Assembly (NCBI GenBank): GCA_043228905.1
Contig: JBHGNT010000010.1
Location: forward strand, 11,408,001-11,472,000
DNA: 64,000 nucleotides
Direction: 5' to 3'
Origin: Azolla caroliniana
Lineage: Eukaryota; Plantae; Polypodiophyta
The position numbers and the translations under genes are program-made. The notes under the pieces were generated by a model that ran no database searches, was not told the DNA's origin, and was given only the letters and a program-made list of their open reading frames with translations. This document shows, piece by piece, positions 49,301 to 61,500 of this stretch; positions within the stretch are counted from its first letter, which is position 1; each line of letters starts with the position of its first letter.

Positions 49301-49540
49301 GTACCTGTTGGCCAGTGACGGCCAAAGTATGTAATAGGAAAAGGGATGAGGTGGTTTCCGGATATGATAATCATATTAATAGTAAGAATTATTATAGGAA
49401 CGGACGGATCCGGAATAGGTATGCCGATTCGAATACGGACTAGTTCGAATACGGATCGGTTCGTAGAGGCGAAATACTAGGATGACCCGGACACGGAGGC
49501 CCACATCTACGCCTTTCTCAAACATGGGAAGTGAACCATG
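46327..49540 (+). mobile_element. Gypsy copy C (same family as A/B): 5' LTR 46327-46746, PBS 46753-46764, decayed gag and protease, then LTR and gag fragments
   Basis: YPKYNNELDVEAHIRAFLTTW, CTTCLNSGHSSLEC, IIDRGSEVNMI, MADTSSVRP; many stops; RT and INT absent. Confidence 0.88.
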
Positions 49541-49543
49541 TTT

Positions 49544-50097
49544 TGTGAAGTACAACACGGAATATTTCTCGTCCACAACCGAGTCTTGGATCACTTCAAT
49601 GAGAATGAAACACAAATGGGAAGTAGAGAGTGAAAGCACGTACACACACAAGCAATAGAGAGTACTCAAGATGTTTATGTGGAAAACCCTAATAAGGAAA
49701 AACCACAGGAGCCCATAGACTTTGAACTATCATTATATGAGAAAGGTACAATCAGAGACTTGGAGGCAATGACCTCGAGCTCTGTTTCTTTGTTGAGCGG
49801 CGGTTACAATAGAGTATCACTCTGTATCTCCTCTCTCTCTCTCTCTCTCTCTATCACTCGCTCTATACAACAGTTATACATACAACAATATGACAACGTT
49901 CTACATAAAGTGATTGCCCTAAGTCGTATTTATACTTATATGAACTTAGGGCTATTTACAAATATGTCTTCTCTCTTCCGGTTCTCATCGGGTCCATCCG
50001 ATCCGGTTTCCGGATCTCTTCTGGTTCTCACCGGGTCCACTTCATTCATAACCAGATCCCATCTGGAGGGACCGATTTCCCAACAATCTCCCCCTTC
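49544..50097 (-). repeat. 3' LTR (49544-50085) plus PPT of a probable copia element
   Basis: Minus strand reads GAAGGGGGAGAT then TGTTGGGAAATCGGTCC..TTCACA; same family as 42612-43256. Confidence 0.78.
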
Positions 50098-50145
50098 ACT
50101 CTGGCATGGGATGTCTCGTTAGACCGATCCGCTTTCGGCACGCGT

Positions 50146-50663
50146 TGTCGTGAAGGATTTGCTTCACGATATAAAAATAAATTTAAATATTGAATTCGGT
50201 AATATTTCAAACACTTGAACCCACAACCTTATAAACCAAGCACAATGTATATACTACTAGGGTAGACTATTTGTTTTTAGAAATGTTATCCAGAATATGC
50301 TTCACTATATAAGAATAAACTTAAATAATGTATTAAGTAAAATTGAGGGACTTGAACCCTCAACCTTGTATATTAAGCACAAAGCATACACCACTAAGCT
50401 AGGTTATTTATTTTAGAGTATCCATCATTATAGTTATCCCATATATATTTCATACATGGGAGCTCAAATGAGCATGATGGCTATCATGCATCACATGCAA
50501 TGCATGTGCACCAAATGGCGATCATGCATCACATGTAACTCATGTATTAGATGCATGCCATGCTCATACACATTACCATATGCATGACAATACTTATAAA
50601 AAGAGGGGAAAGGAAAACAAAAGGGGAATCAAGAGAAAGTTAGAACATAATTAATAAAATAAA
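50146..50663 (+). repeat. 5' part of a TGTCGT-family LTR with two tRNA-derived segments, interrupted by a copia element
   Basis: Start TGTCGTGAAG matches the 43862 terminus; about 137-bp tandem duplication; ATGCAT-rich block; CTTATAAAAAGAG. Confidence 0.72.
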
Positions 50664-52124
50664 TGTTGAGCGACAAGCTCAACTAGAGCCGGATTGGCTT
50701 GCTGAATAAGCCTGAGTCGGCAAGCGAGACGGATCGGTAAGCCGTGAGAAACCAAGCCGGCAAGCAACAGAGTCGGTGAGCTGGGGAGCCGGTTAGCCGG
50801 ATCCAATCGGTAACTGATAGCCTAGTATTAGTTTAGACTACTAGGCAATCATAGTCTCATAGTAAGTGTCAGAAGCTCGTGTGAGCATTGAAGTACGCGG
50901 TACTTCTGTCAGTCCCACGAGGACTTGTATAAATAGTGCTACTGAGCATAGTTGTATGGGACAGAGTGATTATATCGTTTTTGAATATAGCTTTTACGTT
51001 CTACTTTCTCTATCTCTCTTGTGTATTCTCTGCTTTCTCTGCTTTCTCTGTTTTCTAACGCTTCCGCAAGTAATCATTCACATGGTATCAGAGCACAAGG
51101 GTTGAGAACCTCTACAACCGACAAACGCTTGAAAACAAACCCTAACAGGTCGTAAGAACAACAGACAGAGAAGTGATGGATAGAGGGATGGCTAGCTCGC
51201 TCCTTGTGGAGAAACTCGACAGATCCAACTATGCATCTTGGTCGTATAAGATGCACTAGTACATGCTTGGGCATGGCTACTGGAGTTTCGTCGAAGGAGC
51301 CAACGAAACAACACCTGATGCAACACATAAGGACTTCCCAGTGTGGGAACAATCGGCAAGCAGAGTGATGTACTGCTTCACATCCAGTGTCGGAGACTAG
51401 CTGCTGAGCCACATCCGAGATGCCAAGACGCCGAAGGAGGCATGGGGGAACCTGAAGAAGGTTTTCGATGCGAGCACTACAGCCCAAAAGCTACAACTCT
51501 GATAGGAGTTGAGCAATGTCCGACAGAAGGACATGTCGGTGGCGGATTACACGACCCAGATCAAAGAGATCTGTGACTCGCTTGCCTCTATCAACGTTAC
51601 CGTAGAGGAAGACGAGATGGTACAGGTCTGTCTTGGGGGCCTGGCGTCTAAGTTCAGAGCGTTCCGAACGGCGGTGTGTACAAGGGAGAATACGCCGTCA
51701 TTTTTCGACTTACAATAGATGCTCCTTGTAGAGGAGAACCATGCCGGTGCGTCAACTAGCGCATCCACTGACAACCGGATGTTGTACATGGAGGCGGATC
51801 GGTCTTGTGGGCGTGGTGGACGAGGTGGGTCGGCACGCAATGGAGGCGGCCGGCAAGACCAAGAACGAAGGCACAAAGAACGTGCCGACAGTAGTTCCGG
51901 GTCTCCCACAGGCAGGGGGAGTCATGGCGACACCAGAAGACGGCAAGAGAAGTCAGCAACAGAATGTTGGTACTGTGGCAAAAAGGGCCACAGAGAAAGC
52001 GAGTGCTGGAGAAAATGAGCTGATTCGGAAAAATCCGGATCCGGCAAGGCCGGCAAGGATGGCCGACAAAGCTCGCACTACGCGAAGGGATCGGGAGGAT
52101 CCAAGAACGGTAACGGGCCAACCT

Positions 52125-55100
52125 TGTTGTAGGATTTAGGGTTAGGGTTAAGGACAATGATAATCATGATAAAGATAGACATGGTGGTTATGATGATGAT
52201 GGAGTGTATGGGATTGAAAAGGTGTTGTAGGATTTAGGGTTAGGGTTACGAACGATTATAATCATGATAAAGATAGACATGGTGGTTATGATGATGATGG
52301 AGAGTATGGATTGATGGCGAGAGAGATCATGTGCATTGAGAAGCATTGCGAGGTGGGGGGTGGTGCCTAGAATGGCGCCACCCCCCTCCCAAGGGGATTC
52401 AACATTGAGGGGGAGAGAGAGACAAAGAGAGATGACGAGAGATGACAAGAGAGAGAGAGATTGAGAGAGAAAAATGATCATTCATGTTTCATTCATTCCC
52501 CATAAGGGGTTAAATAGTACAAGAGGGGGTAGATACAAAGGGGTGTAAGCCCCCTAGAGCATTCATACTGGACACTCACTCACACCTCCTCATATCCATC
52601 CACATGCACACACGTGTGCATGTGTTCACATATGTATCGACTCATAATTACATTTATGCCCCCTACACACACACAACAATCATCATGATAACAGTTGACC
52701 CTCGCTCATCACATTGACTCTCCCTCCATACATCTCGTACGGGGTAACACAATATGGCACGCCCGTGGGAAAGTGCCTTGCACGTCGATCCCACATGCCT
52801 TGATGATGATATTTCTTCGACCGGAACTTCCATCGGTCCTTTCAACGATCGACTCCCTCGATCGGAATGCTTGACTCGAACATCTTTGTCGGTCAGCAAA
52901 TCGTCCGCGACACAAACATTCTCGTTCTGTCGGCTTACGAACTTCGTCATGGGTCCAAAATCATGTCGTATGTATGTGTGTTCTTCCTTTGTTTTGAGTG
53001 TGTGTGAGTAGTCTTGGGGATTTTCAAGATTCTAGTGGTGCCCTCTTGTTTTTAAAATTTTATATTGTACCCTTATGTTTATGAAATCTTTATGAATACC
53101 CTTTATGTTTTTAAAATTTTGACAATGCCCTCAGGTTTTTGGAAATTTGTCGGATGCCCTCATTGTTTAGAAATTTCTTGGACGCTCTTTTATCAATCTC
53201 TTTTTCCCTCATTTTTCTGTTTTTGTCTTTTTCTTTTTCTTGCCTCTTCTTCCTCGACCGGATCCTATTTCGCTGCCTTTTCTTCTATCTTTTTCTCATT
53301 CTTGCTTATGTTGTTACTGTTCCTTCTCCTTCATCTTCCTCTTCTTCTCGTTTTCCTTTGTTCTTCAACTACTGCTTCATCTTTCCGTCTTTCTTCTCTT
53401 CTTCTTCTTTCTTCTCTTTTTCATGATTTTGTCTGTCTTGTTTTTCTTCTTCTGCGTTTGCTTCTAGTTATTTCTCCTTCCATCAGCCGTCTCTTCTGTC
53501 GGCTAGTCGTCCGTCCATGTCTCCATCGTCGTTGCCATCTCTGTCTCCATTGTCGTCGCCATTTCCATTTGTCGTTGTCGTCGTCCTTGTTGGCCCTATC
53601 CGGCCAGTTTGCACTCGGCCATCTACTCCAGTGGGCTTTCCGGCGCCATCCGGCTATTACGGCCGCTTCTATCGCTGTTTGGCCGTCGTTCCTGTCACTC
53701 TCCAGCCGCACCACTGTCCAGTCGTCATCCCGGCTTTGTGGCCGTTGTGGCCGTTGATTCTCCAGCCGTCGGTTGGAGTATGCGCCGTATTTATGTATCT
53801 ATCGGCCCTGTCCGGTCATCACCGTTTCCATTTTTCATTGTCGCCGTCTTCGTCACTGTTGTTTGTCATCACCATCTGAGTATTTGGCTATCTTAGTCTC
53901 TATTTCTATCTCTGGCTCCATTGCCGTTGCCGTTGCCATTGCCATCTATCGTCGTTGGTCAGCGTCTCTGTCGTCGGCAAGGGCCTTGTTGGCCGTCGTT
54001 TTCGCCGAGGTTCATTGCTTGGCCACTTTATTCGGTCTTCATCTGGTAGCATCTCCGCTCGCAACCGTCTTTGTCTCGGGTTCCGCCATCTAGTCGTCTC
54101 CATCTTCGTCATTGTTCGGCTCCATTCCGGCGCCGTTCAATTACTTCGACCTCTCTTAGGTCGCTCTCTAGCCTCTCCTCCGTCTCTATCGGTGTCCGGT
54201 CGTCGTCATCATCTTCCGACCATGCATTCGGTCTTTCTGTCTGTTTCTCCATCCGTTTCTGTTCGATTGTTCTGTGGACGGTGGCTTTTGGTAGCCGCTC
54301 CTTTGGTTACCACTCCTCGGCTGCCGTTGTTTGGCTGTCCGGTGCGTGCAAGTTGTATTGTTCCTTTTTCTTTTCTGGTTGTCGATGTCTAGTTTGCGTC
54401 TACGTCTCTATCTCTTTCTTTGTCTTTCTCGGTCTTCTATGGCCCGTTGGTGTCAACCAAATCTGGTTCTAGTTCTGGTTCTGGTTCCGATTCTCTTCGC
54501 GTTGCTTCTTCTGGAACTATCTCCTATGCATTCTCAGCACATCCTGCCAGCAACCGCTCCACACACCGCGCCTTCCTCCGTAGTTTCCTGGTGGGTGTCT
54601 CTTTCCGGTCGTGCTAGCACCGATTCCCTTTGTGTCGCAGTTTGCACAGTCGTGCATCTTGCACCACGCTTTCAAAAACATGCATATTGTCGTTAACCGC
54701 TTTCGGAAACACACATTGACGCAACCTCACACATACTTTTGCCGAACATCGTCACCGTCATTTGCATGTTTTGCCATTTCTTGCATTTAGTCGCTATGGC
54801 TTGCACATCCGCGTATCATTCTTCGACTCCATCTCCAAAGGGGGGTCGCCTTAGTGGTCGCCAAAAGGTGTTGTAGGATTTAGGGTTAGGGTTAAGGATG
54901 ATGATAATCATGATAAAGATAGACGTGGTGGTTATGATGATGATGGAGAGTATGGGATTGAAAAGGTGTTGTAGGATTTAGGGTTAGGGTTAAGGACAAT
55001 GATAATCATGATAAAGATAGACATGGTGGTTATGATGATGATGGAGAGTATGGGATTGATGGCGAGAGAGATCATGTGCATTGAGAAGCATTGCGAGGTG

Positions 55101-55468
55101 GGGGGTGGTGCCTAGAATGGCTCCACCCCCCTCCCAAGGGGATTCAACATTGAGGGGGAGAGAGAGACAAAGAGAGATGACAAGAGATATGACAAGAGAG
55201 AGAGAGATTGAGAGAGAAAAATGATCATTCATGTTTCATTCATTCCCCATAAGGGGTTAAATAGTACAAGAGGGGGTAGATACAAAGGGGTGTAAGCCCC
55301 CTAGAGCATTCATACTGGACACTCACTCACACCTCCTCATATCCATCCACATGCACACATGTGTGCATGTGTTCACATATGTATCGACTCACAATTACAT
55401 TTATGCCCCCTACACACACAACAATCATCATGATAACAGTTGACCCTCGCTCATCACATTGACTCTCC
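52125..55468 (-). mobile_element. Non-coding, non-autonomous LTR element (LARD/TRIM-like) using gypsy A/B/C-type cis signals
   Basis: Direct repeats 52125-52749 and 54869-55468 (the latter about 27 bp short); PBS TGGCGACCAC(-) at 54854-54863; low-complexity interior with no protein motifs. Confidence 0.85.
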
Positions 55469-55720
55469 GCACAAAGAACGTGCCAACAATAGTTCCGAGA
55501 CTCCCACAGGCAGGGGGAGTCATGGCGACACCAGAAGACGGCAAGAGAAGTCAACAACAGAATGTTGGTACTGTGGCAAAAAGGGCCACAGAGAAAGCGA
55601 GTGCTGGAGAAAATGAGCTGATTCGGACAAATCCGGATCCGGCAAGGCCGACAAGGATGGCCGGCAAAGCTCACACTACGCGAAGGGATCAGGAGGATCC
55701 AAGAACGGTAACGGCCAGCC

Positions 55721-58126
55721 TTGGTTATGAAGCACGAGGCGAACTTGATGAAGAAGACCATTTCCAAATCGGAGGAAGTGTGGTATGTTGATTCTGGTGC
55801 GTCGAACCACATGACGAGCCACAAAGAGTGGTTCTCCTTTTTGGAGAAACCGGATCAACCAAGAGTAGTCGAAACCGGAGACGACACTCCTCACCCAATC
55901 GTGCACGTCGAAGAAGTTCCTTTGAGCCACGTCGGACAGAAGGGGAAGCTGATGAACGTATTACACGTTCCGACAATCATGAAGAACCTGGTGTCGGTCG
56001 AACAGATCGTCGACCAGGGGATGCAGGTGCGGTTTACGCACCTTGGGTGCTTCATCGAGGAAGAGGGCCAGATTATTGCGCAACGGCGCATAGACGGGAG
56101 GATGTTTATCCTCGACACCAATGATGTTGGCACCACTCTGTTTGCAAAAGGACAGAAGGTCGAATCGGACATCGACCTGTGGCACAAGCGGATAGGCCAC
56201 ATCAATTACCAGAGGCTTCAAGACCTGCAAACGAAACAAGTTGTTTTCGGTTTGCCGAAGTTCAGCGGCCGGAAGGCCCAAGTATGTGAAGCCTGCCAAC
56301 TCGGGAAGCAACACCGGCTTCCATTCCCTACCGAACGTAACCGAAGCCGTAACAAGCTCGACCTAATCCATTCGGATGTGTGGGAACCGGCACAGAATGT
56401 TAGTCTTGGCGGGAGTCGATATTTCGTCTCCTTCATCGACGACTATACGCGACACACATGGATCTACTTCATTGAGCGTAAGAGTGAAGTCTTCAAGTGT
56501 TTCCGAAGTCTCCAAAGCATGGTGGAACGGGAATCGGAGAGGAAGATCAAATGCCTGCGGTCGGATGGAGGGAAAGAATACTTTTCTGGCCAATTCAACA
56601 GTTATCTGCAGCAAACGGGAATTCGGCGAGAGTTCAGCTGCAGATACACACCGCAACAGAATGGTGTTGCCGAAAGGAAGAACCGGTCGCTTATTGATGC
56701 GATAAGGGCAATGCTGGAGGAGAAGAGCATGCCCAAATTCTGCTGGGCGGAGGCAATCCAAACGGGTGTCTACATCCACAACCGGATCGGTGACAAGGTG
56801 TCAGCTCATGAGTTATATTTCGGGCGGAAGCCGAATTTGAGACAGCTTAAGATCTTTTGTAGCATTGCATATGTGCATATACCGGATGAGAAGTGGAGGA
56901 AGCTGGATGCAAAATCAGAAAAATGCATCCTAGTTGGCTATGCTCAAGAGCAAAAGGGTTATACTGTTATAACCCCCGGACAAAGCAGGTCCGAGTTAGT
57001 CGAGTTCGATGAATCGGGATCGTGGTACTCCTTACCGGCTCCGACTTCCGAATTCGACCCGATGCCTGAGGATGAGGTTAGTGCGCCTGAACCGGCCCAG
57101 GTAGATGATGATGAAGCGTGGACTTGGGATGAGAGTCCGGAATCGTTTCGGTTGAGCGGGCCGAACGAGAGACTGAGTCAATCTGACCAGTCCGATGAGG
57201 AACCGGCGAGTAGTCAATCTGACCAGTCCGGCAAGGAACCGAGGAGACGGTTCACACGTAAAGAGAAGGGGAAGAAGAAGATGTCGGAATTCGAAACCGG
57301 CAACGATGAGTCGGATCGGTGTGCGTCCGACTCCGGCAAGCAGAATGGCGGATCTTCAGCAACGAAGACCAATCCAGCCAAGAAGGGCCTCAAATCGGGT
57401 AACGGTGAGTTACGCCGGTCTACCCGCCAGAAGGATCCCGTCAAACGGTATGGGTACAATGAGTACATGGCGCATCACTACGCGTACATGACTAAGGTGG
57501 CGGAAGTGTGTGAGCCAAGGAGTTACGCAGAAGCAGCAAAGGACGCAAATTGGCGTGCCGCTATGGACGAAAAAATGCGGGCACTCGCTGCCAACGAGAC
57601 ATGGGACCTGGTTGACCCTCCTCGTCACTGTAAACCGATCGGATGCAAGTGGGTGTACAAAGTAAAGTACAACGCCGACACTTCAGTTAACCGGTACAAG
57701 ACCCACAGAATCGACTACGACGAGACCTTCGCTCTTGTAGCGAAGATGACGACGGTTCGAGTGGTGCTGGCGGTTGCTGCAACAAGGGGGTGGCATCTTC
57801 ATCAGATGGATGTGAAGAATGCATTTCTTCAAGGTGATCTTGATGAAGAAGTCTTTATGACTCAGCCTCCCGGTTTTCAATCGGAGATGAACAAGTCGGC
57901 GGTATGCTGGCTGAAGAAGTTGTTGTACGACCTAAAGCAAGCCCCTCAAGCTTGGAATGCGAAGATCACGCACCGGTTGCGTAAGATGGGGTTTGTGGCC
58001 TCCAAATCGGACTCTTCATTGTTCATCCGACAAGGCTCAACCGGTCCGGTATGTATACTGCTATATGTTGATGATCTAGTCATCACCGGACCAGGTGTTC
58101 CAGAAATCAACCGCGTCAAGTCCTAG
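55721..58126 (+). pseudogene. pol: Copia pol (PR, INT, RT), truncated by a stop; RT/RH remnants continue to 58519
   Basis: [58 protein letters not shown]. Confidence 0.93.
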
Positions 58127-58519
58127 TTGTCGGACGCATTTGAGATGAAGGATTTGGGGGACCTTCATTATTTTCTAGGGATCTAGGTGATCCGAACCCC
58201 TGAGGAATATTGCTCTCACAACAACATTATGTCTTGAATATGCTGTACAAGTTCGGCATGACAAAATGCTGACCTGTCTCCACACCCTTGGACCGGAACT
58301 AGAAGCTTCGTCCCAACTCCGGACCGGCCTGCAACTAGAAGCCGACCGTGGAGCACCTTCAATGCGCGCAACGGATATTGTGGTATGTCAACGGCACGAA
58401 GGATCGGGGACTGTTATACCGACGAGGTATAACCGAAGAGCTCTTCGGTTACACGGATGCCGACTTGGTCGACGATGCATCAGATCGCCGATCAACCTCC
58501 GGTTACATGTTTTCCCTAG

Positions 58520-61500
58520 TGTGAAAGTGTTTTTAGAATCTAAGCCATTGAACATTAGGAGAATATAAAGTATAGATAATTCACCTTTTGAGGATAAGAA
58601 CACGAACTAAGACCTTAGGGAAGAAGTCAAAAGTAAAAGTACGAGACCAAGAGAAAAGTAAAAAGAGAAAACGCAGACTATAAAAAACAGTAAAGATAGA
58701 ATGGTCATAACTCCCTCGTTGTTTATCCAAATATCACGTTTAAATATGGATTAGAAAGCTTGTAAAAAGAGCTTTCTATAGCTTTTTAAATCGCTTAATT
58801 TGGATATCGGATGAGGGAGATATGACGATTAGAAGGTCGATGTGTCATAGCTAAAAATAGGGAGATAAAAAGCTTCTAAAAATAGCATGAACGTGGATAA
58901 GAAGAGGAAGGTTATAAAAGAAGAAGTGATATTAGTGAGATAGGGGGCTAAGAAAAAAGGCAAAAGAGTGGATGAGGAGTGTTAGGAAGAAGTGTCTTTG
59001 TTAGGAAGAAGTGTCTTAGAAGAGGAAGGTCTTTGGTTTTAGTTCAATGTGGAGTTTGTCTCCTTTGTATTCTCTTGATGTTGGAATATCAGAACATTCT
59101 TATTTCTTGCTCGCTTTCTCTATCTTTTTTCTTAGTTTCTTGAGTTATACTCTCTAATCATAATTACTTAGAGCTATATAATATATTATGATTTTCAACT
59201 CCATCTAATCGGTTTGGTCAAGCCCTCATATAGTGTATAACTATCTATTATCTTATACACCCTATCATTTTGGCGCTCCAGGGAGGGTGGATCCTTTCCG
59301 TATAGGAGGGAGAACTTATCATTTAATTGTGTTACTATATTACATTAACTTAGCTATGCAATTTGCATTTTCAGGTGAAAGAACACAAGATGCGGGTGCC
59401 TTTTTGGCATCTTTTGAGCATCATGCTGTCTCTATTGGACGCATCACCGACAATGAGAAGTTACCTTTATTAGTAGCTACATTCTATGGTCGAGCTCGAG
59501 ATTGGTATGACTCTCTTCCTCCAAACCAACAGGGAGCATATCAATTGTTGGTGCACCAGTTTCGTGCCAAATATATTCAACGACGAAGTGCAACCGAAGT
59601 AAGGGAAGAGCTATTTCGACTAAAGATGGAATCACCAATTGGTTTCACTGAGTATGAAAGAAATTTCAAGGATTTGTGGACTACATGGATTCGTCTTCGT
59701 GGCGGCACTGAAGACGAGTGGTTTAAAATGGAACGATTCAAGATGGGTCTTGATATGTATTTCCGTTTGGAAGCAAACTTGAAGGATCCCACATCGTTTC
59801 AAGCTCTTATCCAAGTTTGTCAAGCTTATGATCGACAAGTGAAGATGATGAGCTCCTTGGGGGATCCCCAAATGACGGCTTTGGGTGCAAATTTGATGCC
59901 TCGTGCCAACTTTCAAGCCTCATCTTCAATTGTGCATGGGGGACAAGTGTTTCCAAATGTGTATACCACCACAACAATAAACCCAACAAGTATATCCCAA
60001 GAAGTTGAACAAGTGAGGAGTGAACAAGATACCATGGCATTGGTAAATCGGCGCTTTGATGAAGTGATGACCCACTTGCGACAATCCCAAGCAATTCACA
60101 ACACTATTCCCGATGGTGGTGGCTCTAGAGGGCATCACGGTGTAATTTGTTATTCTTGTCAAGAGGAGGGACACATCTCAACAAGATGTCCTCATCGACA
60201 ACAAAGAGGCATGGGAAGAGGCATTTATCAAGTGCAAAGAAATGGACAACGACCTAACAACAATGAAGTCGAAGGAAACGTAACACTCCCTATGGCTCAG
60301 GTTCCTACAATTCCTCATAATGTGAATCTTCTTAATTTTATTGATGATAGTGATAATTCTTTTGAAGTAGCTCCTGTGAAAAGGACAAGGTCCTCGCAAA
60401 AGGAGAAAGAAGTTGAAGGAGAATCTAGTGCCTCAAGACAAAAGAAGAAGTCTAAGGAGAATGAGAAAGAGGAAAAATTGAGAAGGAGACACTCTAGAAG
60501 AAAGATCAAGATGGAGGACATTCCTATGGGTGAAGGTGTAGAAGCTTTCAATTTGAAGCATGAGTTGATTTCAAGTGGACCAAGGATAACATGGCCGCAA
60601 CTTCTCCAATTATCTCCCACATTACGAAAGGAGTGGGGGCGACTTGCAAGTATTCGCCAAAGTCGGAAGACTGTGCATTATGTGGGAATCGTGCGAGTAG
60701 AAGATCGAAAGGACATACGACCCACCATCCCCGTCTCCATCAAAGGGTTTCACATCAAAGATGCGTTGGTTGATAGTGGTGCTAGAGTAAGCTTGATTTC
60801 TGAATTTGTGGTAAACAAAGTGGGAATTCCTATAAGTAGGTCATCTTCGGCAAGAGTGGCTGTAGCCGATGGTGGAGTGGTCCATTGCATTGGCATAGTG
60901 GAGGATGTTGTCATCAAGTGTTTTGGGGTAAGCATTTCCATGGATTTTCATGTAATACCACTAAAAGGACCGTCATATTCTTTGGTACTAGGACGACCAT
61001 GGATGCAAGAACTCAATGTTGTCCAAGATTGGAGCAAAGGTTTGATGACCATAACGCCATCAAAAGGAGTGAGCATACATTATGATATGCGGCAACAAAG
61101 ACTTATTGAGAAAGAAGAAGATGGAATAACTGAATATGATAGTGGGTCCGCATATGAAAGTGATGAAAGTGAAGATTCCTCGTCAGAATGGGAAATGACC
61201 ACATCATATGCCGTTTTGAAGGAAGAAGATGATGAAAGAGGTTTAATTACTATGGAGCAAAAAGAGAAGATGATTTCTAAAGATCTTAAAGGGCAAGAGA
61301 GGCAACAATTTATTAATTTGATTTCTGAATTTCCTAACCTTTTCATTAGTGATTATGCTCATATTAGGGGTGTAGATGTCATCCAACATCACATAAATCT
61401 AAAGGAGGGTACAACTCCCGTTGCGCAAAAGTTGCGAAGGCTAGGTCACGTGCAAAAGGAGGCCTTATTAAAGGAAGTCAAAGCTTTGTTGCGTGCACAA

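Larger units (their letters stand above)
50664..58519 (+). mobile_element. Ty1/copia element (same family as 25544-31233), interrupted at 52125 and 58520
   Basis: 5' LTR 50664-51082; PBS TGGTATCAGAGC at 51083-51094; gag from 51176 (MDRGMASS..KLDRSNYASW) with stops. Confidence 0.93.

Noticed and set aside
52132-52152. Interstitial telomere or chromosome fusion scar
   Set aside because: Only two to three units, and they recur as part of both LTRs.
53065-54714. Cluster of 60-230-aa ORFs, some hydrophobic
   Set aside because: They arise from stop-poor CT/CG low-complexity sequence inside the non-coding LTR element and show no domain motifs.
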